A DNA stretch of 64,000 nt from Ignavibacteria bacterium UBA2333 (GCA_002344895.1 DDUR01000061.1:45879-109878); one strand, 5' to 3'. Positions 29,776 to 39,983 are shown, counted from the stretch's first letter. Notes: generated by a model not told the origin, from the letters alone. Program-made: numbers and translations.

Positions 29776-30661
29776 GATCAGCCTTTCGAATAGCCGTCGA
29801 TGTCCGCACCGTCGTGAGACCCTGAACTATCGTCACAATCGCACCGAACACTGCAAGACCACCCAAAGCCAGAGCGATTTCGTAAACGGTAACACTCTCC
29901 AACCACGGCCACACCTGCAGTGCAGATTGACGTGTACCGACAATAACACCAGTAGCTCCTGCAAGCCCAAGTGCTCCACAGAACATCCCGACCAACATAT
30001 GTGGTCGAATTGACTGCCACGAAGACGCACCGAGAAGACTCACCACGGGAAAGTCTTCTTCAGCTCGGTGCAATTCGGCACGCAGTGCATATCCAATCGC
30101 TGTGGAGACAACGGCGAGTGTGAGGATGCCAGCAAGAAGACTTACGATGATAAGGTGGTAACGGCGCTCGTCTAAACGTACAAGTGTGACATCCGGAGTT
30201 GCCACGACGTCAACGTTATCAGCCTGCGGCAAATTGAGGAGAAGGAACTCAAAACTCTCAGCACCATGTTTGCTTGTGTTATTGTACTTCAATGCCACGC
30301 GAATGATAGACGGGAGAGCGGCAAGACTCTTCGCCGCATCATCTGCCAAACCAAGGTCGGTAGCGAATTCTTCCCAAACAGCCTCATCATCGACGATATA
30401 TGCTTGCTGAACGGCTTCAATCTTCCGAATAGCTTTCAGGGTTGCGATGGTTATTGAGTCTGATGCAGTTGACGCCATTACAACATCGATACGGACATCA
30501 ACGGTTTGCCGCACAACATCTCTCCAGGCAGCAAGTGCCCAGATGATACCACCCACCACCCATAGTGCTGTCAGAAACGATGTAAGAACCATACGCAATA
30601 CCGGACCCCGCCGACGTTGCAGAAGCTTCCATGCCATGTTCGTTGCAAACCACATCTTCAT
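29762..30661 (-). CDS. ftsX: FtsX-like permease (cell-division ABC transporter membrane subunit type)
   Basis: 299 aa, with one N-terminal TM, a ~100-aa periplasmic loop and three C-terminal TMs. Size and topology fit FtsX. No ftsE is adjacent. The ATG overlaps the flippase stop (ATGA). Confidence 0.6.
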   Translation of the reverse strand: MKMWFATNMAWKLLQRRRGPVLRMVLTSFLTALWVVGGIIWALAAWRDVVRQTVDVRIDVVMASTASDSITIATLKAIRKIEAVQQAYIVDDEAVWEEFATDLGLADDAAKSLAALPSIIRVALKYNNTSKHGAESFEFLLLNLPQADNVDVVATPDVTLVRLDERRYHLIIVSLLAGILTLAVVSTAIGYALRAELHRAEEDFPVVSLLGASSWQSIRPHMLVGMFCGALGLAGATGVIVGTRQSALQVWPWLESVTVYEIALALGGLAVFGAIVTIVQGLTTVRTSTAIRKADRAAR

Positions 30662-31962
30662 ACGTCCTCCGGCTTTCGCCTTGTGATGGCATTCCGTACG
30701 TCACGTGCGGCACGAAACATTGCAGACCACGGAAATTGGAGTTCCGTTCGAACGTACACAAAACAGAGACCGCCAACGACGAGCGAATTGATGACGAGTG
30801 CCAGACCGACAAAGTCAGGTTGCCCAAACTCTCCAACTGCAAAGAGTGTCACGAGTCCAGCCAATAACCCAACAGCCGTATACCGAACTACAATTGTACT
30901 CCGTCCATAGGCAGCGATTACGCTGGACATGAGGAGAAACGGCATACCCAACGTGGCAAACAGAAGAACGTTAAAATGTGGTACTACCTGACGAAACTTC
31001 TCTCCGAGAAGGGTAGGAATAAGATCGCTTCCGCCCAGTTCCAATACAATAATTGCGAACACTGTAGGGAGGAGTGTTACGCTAATTGCCTTTGTAACAA
31101 GTATTCGCAAGTCATCAAATCGCTGCTGGCTATGCATTCGAACGGCTGCAGGATAGAGCAACGTTGTAACGGCGTCAAAAGCTTGTTCAAAGAATCTGAA
31201 CAAGTTCTTTGCCTGATTGTAGAAGCCCGCCACAGCTGGTCCAAAGTATCCAGCTATGATCATAACATCAAGTTGACGCGGTGTGGCATAAAGGGCCGTC
31301 GCAGCTGCCATGGGCACGCCGAATTTGAAGTAATCCGCGAATCGCACCGTGCCCGCGAATCCAAACACCAGGCTTTTTCTCGCAAGCACCAAGGCCATTA
31401 GCGAGGAAGCTGCCATGCCAACAAAGTCGATACGAATAATGTCTTCGAGTGTAGCAAGCGACGACGTTTGTACGGCATGAAACGTCATAATGGTTCGTAC
31501 TCCGAACCAAACGGCATCAGTAATAAACAGATCACGTATTCTGAGGTCACGATAGAAGATCTTTAAGCAGAACATTCTCGGCATCGTGAGCAGACAGTAC
31601 AACGGCAACATTGCAGCCACTGTCGCAAACCGATCATCGTCATACAACCGCGAGAGTGGCCCGAGAAAGGCCCACAGAAGCCCAATACTTATGGCGGTTA
31701 TTGCCACATGAATGATCAGGGCCATCGTATTGATTCGACGTCGCTCCGACTCCTGGGTACCGAATTGTATGATACCTTGAAGAGCCGACCCATCAGAAAC
31801 AATCATAATCCACGTATTCATTGATACGAGGAGTGTAAACATTCCGTACGCGTCTGGAGGCAGAATGGCAAACTGATAGAGCTGAACAAGACCATACAGG
31901 ACGTAAAGTCCTTTGTCTGCGAGTGACCACGTGATCTTGCCCAGATGGGCGGTTAGCTTCAT
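30658..31962 (-). CDS. Wzx-type oligosaccharide/polysaccharide flippase (MOP superfamily)
   Basis: A hydrophobic protein of about 12-14 TMs with the MKLTAHLGKITWSLADKG N-terminus typical of polysaccharide biosynthesis flippases. Start is uncertain: ATG 31962 is preferred, and the tracked 32007 would overlap the upstream gene by 22 nt. Confidence 0.7.
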   Translation of the reverse strand: MKLTAHLGKITWSLADKGLYVLYGLVQLYQFAILPPDAYGMFTLLVSMNTWIMIVSDGSALQGIIQFGTQESERRRINTMALIIHVAITAISIGLLWAFLGPLSRLYDDDRFATVAAMLPLYCLLTMPRMFCLKIFYRDLRIRDLFITDAVWFGVRTIMTFHAVQTSSLATLEDIIRIDFVGMAASSLMALVLARKSLVFGFAGTVRFADYFKFGVPMAAATALYATPRQLDVMIIAGYFGPAVAGFYNQAKNLFRFFEQAFDAVTTLLYPAAVRMHSQQRFDDLRILVTKAISVTLLPTVFAIIVLELGGSDLIPTLLGEKFRQVVPHFNVLLFATLGMPFLLMSSVIAAYGRSTIVVRYTAVGLLAGLVTLFAVGEFGQPDFVGLALVINSLVVGGLCFVYVRTELQFPWSAMFRAARDVRNAITRRKPEDV

Positions 31963-31985
31963 CGGCGCAAAGGTACGGAACGACG

Positions 31986-33851
31986 TCAGGCCACGGATAG
32001 GGTCCAACGACTGACGTCATCAATCACGTCAACAGTAACAACGGCATTATCCCTGCTTACTCCATAGGCAGGGGCACAGACTGATGGCCGGACATGGATT
32101 CGACCACCATCTACAATGTGTAACGTAGCAAGGACGCCCCCTTGCCCCTTTACCGAAAACTCAACCACTCTGTCAACAATCCGGACGTCGATGTCAGGAG
32201 CAATCGGGAAATGTAGCGATGCTCGTTCACCGGGTGATGTGCGATAGACGTCTTCACCGTGAAGCCGTTGACCGTCAATTACGATCGAACGTATATGTGG
32301 AGCACCATATCCCTCATGTCGGCCAACCCACGAATACGACGATCGCTCAAGAACGGTTGTTCGTGTGTGATCAGGCATCATCCAGAACAGGCCTTCACCA
32401 CTATCGTTCGGCCAAACCAGTTGCTCCCGTCCCTCTACAACAAGTGTTGCATGTAAGGAAGTCGACCTGTCCATATTACGTCGTGTCGGATTGCCCGTGT
32501 ACGTATAACATCCTGAGTCGATAACAATATCTTGTGACCCTACCCGGAAGGTAATCGCATTTCGATCGTTGTGTGCGTGACCTCCTTTGCCAAACTGTCC
32601 AACACCACCACAACGTAACGTCGCTGAAAATGATGGCATATGCACAACATCCAGACCGAATCGAGGGAATGCCACAGTATACTCTTGTGGTCGAACAACT
32701 GGCTGCCAGAATCCGGCAAGTTGGGCCGTATCCAGTAAAAGAGATGTGTCTGCCGAGTAGTCCACAACCTTTATCAACATACCGTCATCATTATCACCTA
32801 CAAGTGGCATACCAACAGACTCTAACACATGAAGAGCATCAACTGCCGTACGAATCCGCTCTCTCACCGCCATCGGTATATCATGACGATCATAGTGCCG
32901 AAGCGCGTAAATCATCACAAACAGATCAACCATGTGGCGATGATATCCCGTCGACGCTTCGATATTCATGCCATCATCAGCGAACTGAACCAGACACTCT
33001 GAATCAAGTTCGCGCGTGGCAAAATCGTACCATCCAGACGTATCGTCACCGTGAAGAAGAAGGCCTGCAGCTAACAGACCAACAAGGTTACCGGTATAAT
33101 GAGATGTTCGCATGCCTCCTGCCCACTCCAGATGAGCCAGGACGAATTGTACATGATCTACGGCGAACTCAATCAGACGCCGCTCGAGAACATCATCAAC
33201 AACGCCGCAGAGTCGGAAGTCATTCCACGCCATTACAGCGATACAACAACGCATTCCAACACCCATTGGGAAAGCCCACGGCAGTCCATACCCCGGCGGA
33301 AATCGCGAGCAAAAGTCATTGAGCTGTGCTCGAAAACAATCAAGGTTACGCTGCGCACGTTCCGGACGAAGGCGTGCGTCGAGTGCGAGAGCTGACCATT
33401 GATGGGCGCGTGAAAATTCATGGGGGACCCGCACGTCGGCATCTCCCAGCGTTAGCCCCTTGGTGATCTCTACTCGTGGCATCCAAACGTCTGCAGATGT
33501 ATACCAGGCATCTTCCGGCCACGTGGCACCAGCAGCTGGATGCTCTGTCCAGGGTAACCTGAGTCCATCACCCGTACTACGAATCACAAACGTTGACCCC
33601 ATCACATCAATCGTTCCGTCATCAATCATCGTGTCAACATAGTCGGCGAGCCGTTTGCCATGCTGTTCAATCCACGGTGCCGATGGCATTGGAGTGTTTA
33701 TGACGTGAAACGATGGCAGAGGCCCTCGTTCATGACGTGATGCCGCCCAACGGCGTGCTGACCTCCGGCGTTTGAAGGCAAAGAGCAGCTTTCCGATGAG
33801 AAAGGGGCGAACGGGGCCGAGTGACAATCGTAGTCGAGTGGAGACGTCCAT
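31986..33851 (-). CDS. Heparinase II/III-like family protein
   Basis: C-terminal block ...GQFGKGGHAHNDRNAITFRVGSQDIVIDSG... and an alpha/alpha-toroid-like N-terminal half. Members of this family commonly sit in surface-polysaccharide loci next to asnB-like genes. Confidence 0.65.
   Translation of the reverse strand: MDVSTRLRLSLGPVRPFLIGKLLFAFKRRRSARRWAASRHERGPLPSFHVINTPMPSAPWIEQHGKRLADYVDTMIDDGTIDVMGSTFVIRSTGDGLRLPWTEHPAAGATWPEDAWYTSADVWMPRVEITKGLTLGDADVRVPHEFSRAHQWSALALDARLRPERAQRNLDCFRAQLNDFCSRFPPGYGLPWAFPMGVGMRCCIAVMAWNDFRLCGVVDDVLERRLIEFAVDHVQFVLAHLEWAGGMRTSHYTGNLVGLLAAGLLLHGDDTSGWYDFATRELDSECLVQFADDGMNIEASTGYHRHMVDLFVMIYALRHYDRHDIPMAVRERIRTAVDALHVLESVGMPLVGDNDDGMLIKVVDYSADTSLLLDTAQLAGFWQPVVRPQEYTVAFPRFGLDVVHMPSFSATLRCGGVGQFGKGGHAHNDRNAITFRVGSQDIVIDSGCYTYTGNPTRRNMDRSTSLHATLVVEGREQLVWPNDSGEGLFWMMPDHTRTTVLERSSYSWVGRHEGYGAPHIRSIVIDGQRLHGEDVYRTSPGERASLHFPIAPDIDVRIVDRVVEFSVKGQGGVLATLHIVDGGRIHVRPSVCAPAYGVSRDNAVVTVDVIDDVSRWTLSVA
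32136..32151 (+). repeat. Bipartite C-tract motif copy (GCCCCCTTGCCCCTTT)
   Basis: Antisense within the heparinase II/III-like gene (VKGQGGV). Confidence 0.6.
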
Positions 33852-33899
33852 CGGTCACAAGTATACAATCCCCGCAAACACGCCCTATCTTCGCAGCCT

Positions 33900-35738
33900 A
33901 TGTGTGGCTTTGTCAGTCTTGTTGACACAACTCTTTCAACCAACGATCTCGCCGACCTTGGCGGGCGGATGCTCGTATCGATGTCACACCGTGGCCCCGA
34001 CTATCGTGGCACGTGGAGTTCAGGACCAGTCTTTCTTGGACACAATCGTCTCAGCATCATTGACCTTTCATCGGCTTCTCATCAACCGATGACGAAGGGC
34101 ACGGCAACCCTTACGTATAACGGTGAAGTGTATAACTACCGCGAGCTGCGTACTGAGCTAGAGCGAGACGGATATTCATTTACGACGACCGGCGATACGG
34201 AAGTTATTCTCGCTGCCTATGATCGTTGGGGTGACCGGTGTGTTGAGCACTTTATCGGGATGTGGGCATTTGCGATCTGGGACGAACAACGTCAACGCCT
34301 GTTCTGCTCACGAGATCGGTTTGGAATCAAACCCTTCCACTACGCACATCGACTCGGCAGACTGCATATCGCTTCCGAAATCAAGGCGGTGCGACATTCA
34401 CCACTTGTTTCTGGAGGCATTAACGAAGCACAACTTCTGCGTGGCCTGTATCTAGGCTGGATGCATCATCATGAGGAAACGGTTGAGGCGGACGTTTGGG
34501 CCTTGCCAGCCTCGCACAATCTAATATGGGAAAACGGTAACATTTCCGTTGTACGGTATGCGGATATTCCGACACATGATGAGACGAACGTTTCGTTCGA
34601 TGAATCGGTGACCACGTTTCGAGAGCTGTTCTTTGACAGCGTCCAACTTTGTGCACGTCGCGATGTTCCCATGGGTGTTTGTCTCTCAGGGGGACTTGAC
34701 TCGACGAGTATTGCTTGTACGCTCGCTTCGATGACCGATGAACATGACGTACTCACGTTTACTGCATACTATGAAGGTAATGGTAATGTTGATGAGCGTC
34801 CGTGGATCTACAAGGTGCTTGAGAGGTATCCGAAGATTACACCGCAGTACATTTCTCCGACAGATAACGACGTAGCAGATGCAATTGACGACATTGTTGC
34901 CATCATGGACGCGCCAATGCCGTCATCGTCCTACGTCTCACAGTACTTCGTGATGAAACTCGCTGCATCGGCAGGGGTAAAGGTTGTGCTAGACGGCCAG
35001 GGATCAGATGAGATTCTTGGCGGATACATGCATTCCATGTATCGTGTTGTTGCCGACATGTTGCGCCGAGGTCGCCTTGGTACGGCCGTTTCCGAACTTC
35101 GTGCGCATGCAGCCCGCCAAGGATATAGCCTTCGCAAGCAGCTCGATGTTACGGCCAAGTCCGTCGTCACAATGTTGCAGGACGAGCCATCGTTGTATCG
35201 ACTTGAATTCGAACGAACAGCACCTTGGCTCGCCCATGTACCAGCTCGCAACATTCCACTCCGCGTTGAGTCGCCAGCTGGTTCGAAGTTTAATGGCTTT
35301 TTGTACGACCTTATTCGGGTGACGCTCTTGCCGACGTTACTACACACGGAAGACATCAACTCAATGGCGTTTAGCATCGAGTCTCGTGTGCCATTCCTCG
35401 ACCATCGGTTGGTGGATGCCTGTTTCCGAATGCCAACGGAGCACAGGAGCTCACGGGGAGAAACAAAACGTGTACTTCGTGCGGCAATGCGAGGAGTTGT
35501 ACCGGACGCAGTACTTGATAGAAAGGATAAGACAGGGTTTGTAACGCCAGGTCACGTTGTGTGGCTTCGCGGCGCATTATCGTTTTTACTCGACGGCAAT
35601 TGGCGCGAAGTAGATGGAATTGTTGATGTTGCGCGCGTACAGACACTTGTTGACGAATATCGACGTGGCGACAATCGCCAGGCACTTTTCTTATGGCGAC
35701 TTGCAATGATGCGCAGATGGCTAGCGCTTCGTTCCTGA
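33900..35738 (+). CDS. asnB: Asparagine synthase (glutamine-hydrolysing) family amidotransferase
   Basis: MCGF with the Cys2 nucleophile, a GATase-II domain (HRGPD, NGEVYN) and the PP-loop CLSGGLDS. Confidence 0.9.
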   Translation: MCGFVSLVDTTLSTNDLADLGGRMLVSMSHRGPDYRGTWSSGPVFLGHNRLSIIDLSSASHQPMTKGTATLTYNGEVYNYRELRTELERDGYSFTTTGDTEVILAAYDRWGDRCVEHFIGMWAFAIWDEQRQRLFCSRDRFGIKPFHYAHRLGRLHIASEIKAVRHSPLVSGGINEAQLLRGLYLGWMHHHEETVEADVWALPASHNLIWENGNISVVRYADIPTHDETNVSFDESVTTFRELFFDSVQLCARRDVPMGVCLSGGLDSTSIACTLASMTDEHDVLTFTAYYEGNGNVDERPWIYKVLERYPKITPQYISPTDNDVADAIDDIVAIMDAPMPSSSYVSQYFVMKLAASAGVKVVLDGQGSDEILGGYMHSMYRVVADMLRRGRLGTAVSELRAHAARQGYSLRKQLDVTAKSVVTMLQDEPSLYRLEFERTAPWLAHVPARNIPLRVESPAGSKFNGFLYDLIRVTLLPTLLHTEDINSMAFSIESRVPFLDHRLVDACFRMPTEHRSSRGETKRVLRAAMRGVVPDAVLDRKDKTGFVTPGHVVWLRGALSFLLDGNWREVDGIVDVARVQTLVDEYRRGDNRQALFLWRLAMMRRWLALRS

Positions 35739-35782
35739 TTGACGATTCTGCGCCCAACGGAAAATCACATTTTGGGTGCGAG

Positions 35783-36553
35783 TTACGACTCACATTCGCG
35801 TTTGCGCCCTATCACCTGCAACCGTTCAAATAGTGCATCACGATAGGTGTCGGAGACATCAACGAAGTGACCGTTGATCATTTTCAGTCGATGTTGTTTA
35901 CCGCGTTGAATACTTACAATGTGTTGGAGATTTACAAGACTCGATCGATGTACGCGAAGGAATGCATCTCCATGGAGTGATGCTTCACAGTCACCGACGG
36001 TGCGGCTTAGAATTATAGCAGGATCGTGGGTAAACTCCACACGTGAGTAACTGCCTTCACCACGCACGTAAACTATATCATCAACACGTCGGAGTGTCAT
36101 TCCGTTGTTTACTGGCAGAGCTACAACCCCAATCGTACCGAAGGAAGATTCTCGAAGATGCCGAGGTTTGCCCGTTGATGACACATATGGCAGCACACGT
36201 CCTATTCGTTGAAGTGTCCGTTGAAGTCCACGTGCAGTAAAAGGTGGCTGAAGAAAATGAACAGCGCCAGCATCAAACGCTTCGATGGCGAAGGTGGCAT
36301 CGCATGTAGCGCAGATGAGTAAAGGATACTTGCCAACATCCGTAGGCCACCGTACGAGTGTCCGGCCACCGTCGAGAGAAGGATCATACACCACGACATC
36401 AGGATGAAAGCGTTCGATGTCTGCATCAAGTGAAGCTACCGAACCAATATCGGCAACAACCTTTGTGTCACCTTCAGCCGCATGGTCTAATGCGACACGA
36501 AAGGCCTCAACATCTGAGGGGTTGAGGGCAAGCAAGAATGTGATCTGCTGCAT
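35783..36553 (-). CDS. LytTR-family DNA-binding regulator with an atypical (pseudo-)receiver domain
   Basis: C-terminal LytTR domain (...DIVYVRGEGSYSRVEF...FLRVHRSSLVNLQHI...). The N-terminal CheY-like fold keeps the phospho-Asp position (VVVYDPS) but has LALNPSD instead of the acidic pair and FLQPPF instead of the conserved Lys. Confidence 0.75.
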   Translation of the reverse strand: MQQITFLLALNPSDVEAFRVALDHAAEGDTKVVADIGSVASLDADIERFHPDVVVYDPSLDGGRTLVRWPTDVGKYPLLICATCDATFAIEAFDAGAVHFLQPPFTARGLQRTLQRIGRVLPYVSSTGKPRHLRESSFGTIGVVALPVNNGMTLRRVDDIVYVRGEGSYSRVEFTHDPAIILSRTVGDCEASLHGDAFLRVHRSSLVNLQHIVSIQRGKQHRLKMINGHFVDVSDTYRDALFERLQVIGRKRECES

Positions 36554-36702
36554 AACAAACTCAGTCTCTTCGTGATGAGAACGTGGTGATGGTGAACTGA
36601 TACAATCTAGCCTGTGTCAGATCGCGTGTGCGTTACATCACGTTTTACCCTGTCACATTCTGACATAGTGCCAGATCACCGACATCAACGATATTCGCAG
36701 TC

Positions 36703-37611
36703 ATGGCTCAGGCATTGCTTTCAATCTTCCTCATTATGGCTTCAGGACTAGCCTTTCGGGCAATTCCATCAATGCCGTCAGCAGCCGAACTGCGTCGCAT
36801 CATTGGCTCAGTTGTCCTCAACGTTCTGTTGCCAGCACTCACATTTGCCGCGTTATACCGCGTTTCTGTTACATCGGACCTCTGGGCAGTACCCCTTGTA
36901 TCATCAGGAGTCGTCTGCGCAACACTCATACCAGCGTGGATTCTGTATGCTGGTGTTGGGCGAAAACATCTCCCGGCACCGGCAATAGGCTCGATGCTCC
37001 TGGCTGCAACGTGGTGTAATGCGACGTATATGGGAATTCCCGTGTTGACGTCAGTCTTAGGTCCGGACGTACGTCACGTTCCCGTTCTTTTCGATCACAT
37101 GGCGATGACGCCGCTCTTGTTTACTATCGGAACACTGATATGTGTCACCTACGGCACAACTGAACATTCTCACTCGCTGATCGATGGTATTCGAGCTGTC
37201 GTACGCTTACCACCAGTGATAGCGGCAGCCTGTGGCTTTACAGCCAATATATCGGGGATCTGGATTCCGGATGTTGTTCTATCAACCTGCGATACACTGG
37301 CATCGGCCGTGTCGCCCTTGATGATTTTTGTCGTAGGAGTATCACTTGGCACACCTCGCTGGCGGTCGGTGCCTGTCGTTCTCCCAGCAACGCTCCTGCG
37401 TCTCGTACTTGGACCAATCGTTGGGTCTGTTCTTACATCATTTGTAGTAACAGACCCAACCATAGCCCGTGCGACGATCCTTGAGAGTGGCATGCCCACG
37501 ATGATGCTTACCATACTCTTTGCAGAGCGATATGGACTCGATGTTGACCTTCTCGCGCAGGCAATTCTAGTGTCTACAGTGTTGTCACCTTTCACACTAC
37601 AACTGCTCTAA
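36703..37611 (+). CDS. AEC (auxin efflux carrier) family transporter
   Basis: 302 aa with about 10 TMs in two halves. The composition and length are typical of AEC/membrane transport protein family members. Confidence 0.65.
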   Translation: MAQALLSIFLIMASGLAFRAIPSMPSAAELRRIIGSVVLNVLLPALTFAALYRVSVTSDLWAVPLVSSGVVCATLIPAWILYAGVGRKHLPAPAIGSMLLAATWCNATYMGIPVLTSVLGPDVRHVPVLFDHMAMTPLLFTIGTLICVTYGTTEHSHSLIDGIRAVVRLPPVIAAACGFTANISGIWIPDVVLSTCDTLASAVSPLMIFVVGVSLGTPRWRSVPVVLPATLLRLVLGPIVGSVLTSFVVTDPTIARATILESGMPTMMLTILFAERYGLDVDLLAQAILVSTVLSPFTLQLL

Positions 37612-37614
37612 TCA

Positions 37615-39744
37615 TCATTCGTGAACGATGAAGCTTGTGCTTGTTGTTCCCGAAGAAGCGACATAGAAACCACGGGGTAACAGCGAGACATCAATTCGTT
37701 GACCGATCTGGGATGGGCCATGTCGTAGGACGACATTACCTGTCAGATCATAGACCACGATGTCTGATGTAAGTGCCTGAGCAACAACAATCTCACGACT
37801 TGTTGCATCGAAGGACAGTACTGACTCATGGTTATCTCCGGTCCGAACGTTCACATCTTCGTCGTCGTCAACCGACGTAATTGCGCCACAGCCTTCAAGA
37901 TTCCATCGCACGATGGTATGTTCTTGCATGGACTTACCGGTAGCCGACGTTATTGAAGCGTACAAGGGTGTGGATCTCGCAACGCCAAGTCGCTCGAAGA
38001 TGTCAAAGTCAGGTACTGACAGGACAAGCTGCGTACCCGTTGCTGCTGATGAAGCAAATACGTTGAGCCTCGACCCATCGTAACTCACACGGAAGTCGTA
38101 CACCGAACCATCAGCCGTGAGTTCAAATGGCAATTGTTTCATGGCAACCGTGTTTTTATCATCATGCCGTGAGCTCGTCACACCTTGAACGGGCACCATC
38201 AGAGCAACGTGCTGAGGGTCGCGATCAAAATTCGCCGGGTTCCGATATGCGTCAACTTCAACAACAACGACGTTTGGCAATCCATCATAACCAAGACCTT
38301 CTCCATTTCGACCTAGATAGGTCCGATCGATACCTGTTGAGAACAACATGGCTATACCGTCAGCCCCTTGTGGGCCACCATCCAGGTAACCATTATCTGT
38401 ACCACGAGAAAGTTTAAGCCCAACCGATATGTCAAACGACGAACCATCAAGAGGGACATTCGACGACATTCGGCCAACAGCAGTACCTGTACTTGGCGTA
38501 ATTCGAACACCTTCGTTCGTTACAGCAGCCATTCCAACAAGGCGAAACTGCTTTGAATCGAGCAGATTTTGGGTAGGTTGGGAGCAAGATTCAGTGAGAT
38601 AGTACACACTTGGCGTATTCATAGATCCGGATCCTGACCCGGTTAATCCAGATATGGCAATGACGGTCGGGCTACGGACACCTCCAGGTTGAACTTCGCT
38701 TGAGACAAGTTGTACATATGCGCGAGCTTCGGGAAGAGAAGGAAGCGCCATCACTGATCCGTTGGTCAGATTAATCGCTTCTGCAGATGACGCGATTACT
38801 ACATTTCGCTGATAACCTCCAACGATCACGATGTGATCATTCTTCCACAACGCTGCACCGTGCCACTGCCGACCTGTTTTAATATTCCCAACAACACGCG
38901 CCGGTGAGGAATTTGTTAACGTCTGAATTGCCGTTGATGCGTTGAATGGAGACTCCATCAATGCTCCACCTGTCACAGCAATGTCGCCTGAAGGGAGCTC
39001 GACCAGCGTTGGGGCAACGACGGTTTCTTGAAGTCTCGTGAGGAGTCTCCATCCGCCGCCCTCAAATGCCCAAACTTCGCGCGATCGATCACTGTTCACG
39101 CCTCCCGCACGTCCAGCAAAAACACAAGGCTTGCCGTCAATGATGGCCGCGCAACCCGTTGAAATTCCCATTGGATACGGAGGCACACTTTCGGAAAGAC
39201 CGGTACGTGTATCAAAAATCTCTGCATTACCCACCACATTACTTGCATCAAGCCTTCCTCCTACTGTGAGGATACGGTGGTCATCGATAAACAGACCCGC
39301 AAGTTGCCGCCTTCCGGCACGGAGCGAACCAACACGTTTCCAGGTCCTCGTGGTTGGATCATATGCCTCAATGCTGTTACTTCCAGATTCCGAATTTTCT
39401 CTCCGACCACCAAGAACATAGATAATGCCATCCGCTCTGGTGAGCATAATGTGCTCGGTCCTGCCATCATTCATTGGCGGGAATGCCTCAGATACTCCTG
39501 TGGTAACATTTATTACCTCACAATCTTTAGCACCTTCACCATGCAACTGACCACTAGAGTTCTTAAATCCACCAGTAACGAGAATTTTATCCTCAGCGAT
39601 TTTAGCTACCGCGAATCCATGCCTTGCGATTGACAGGTCACATAGCTTCTTCCATTCGTAAGTCGGTTGTGAAGTCGCATCAGGAGCAACATAAACCAAG
39701 GCAAGTACAAGGAAGAGTACTAACGGAAAACGGCGGCGTGACAT
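37615..39744 (-). CDS. Secreted Kelch beta-propeller plus L-type (legume-like) lectin domain protein with T9SS C-terminal sorting domain
   Basis: Signal peptide. Six Kelch-like blades (ILVTGG, IYVLGG...IEAYDPTTRTWKRV, ILTVGG, IAVTGG, IVIVGG). Lectin block ADGIAMLF...GEGLGYDGLPNVVVVEVDAYRN...DPQHVALMV. C-terminal tail ...VVYDLTGNVV...LPRGFYVASSG...FIVHE. Confidence 0.7.
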   Translation of the reverse strand: MSRRRFPLVLFLVLALVYVAPDATSQPTYEWKKLCDLSIARHGFAVAKIAEDKILVTGGFKNSSGQLHGEGAKDCEVINVTTGVSEAFPPMNDGRTEHIMLTRADGIIYVLGGRRENSESGSNSIEAYDPTTRTWKRVGSLRAGRRQLAGLFIDDHRILTVGGRLDASNVVGNAEIFDTRTGLSESVPPYPMGISTGCAAIIDGKPCVFAGRAGGVNSDRSREVWAFEGGGWRLLTRLQETVVAPTLVELPSGDIAVTGGALMESPFNASTAIQTLTNSSPARVVGNIKTGRQWHGAALWKNDHIVIVGGYQRNVVIASSAEAINLTNGSVMALPSLPEARAYVQLVSSEVQPGGVRSPTVIAISGLTGSGSGSMNTPSVYYLTESCSQPTQNLLDSKQFRLVGMAAVTNEGVRITPSTGTAVGRMSSNVPLDGSSFDISVGLKLSRGTDNGYLDGGPQGADGIAMLFSTGIDRTYLGRNGEGLGYDGLPNVVVVEVDAYRNPANFDRDPQHVALMVPVQGVTSSRHDDKNTVAMKQLPFELTADGSVYDFRVSYDGSRLNVFASSAATGTQLVLSVPDFDIFERLGVARSTPLYASITSATGKSMQEHTIVRWNLEGCGAITSVDDDEDVNVRTGDNHESVLSFDATSREIVVAQALTSDIVVYDLTGNVVLRHGPSQIGQRIDVSLLPRGFYVASSGTTSTSFIVHE

Positions 39745-39975
39745 ATCTTTCCTCAGTTTCGACTGTAAACGTGATTCGGTACAACATCTTTTGCCATTTC
39801 GGACTATTATACCTGCTCTAAATATACTATACTTTTAACGTCGATCACCAACCAGCAACATGTAATAGTTTTTTTATCATGAGATCACCAAGATTGACGA
39901 CTGTTCTACGTACGCACCTCAGACCTAAAGTTCTCGTCAACTTCCTTCCATCACAAGACTTACCCCGGTTACCCG

Positions 39976-39983
39976 TACATTTG
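39976..39983 (+). promoter_or_regulatory. -7 box TACATTTG (TAnnTTTG) upstream of the FkbM-type methyltransferase
   Basis: Exact motif 30 nt before the ATG at 40013. The decamer CCGTACATTT is repeated 24 nt downstream (39973-39982 and 39997-40006). Confidence 0.35.
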
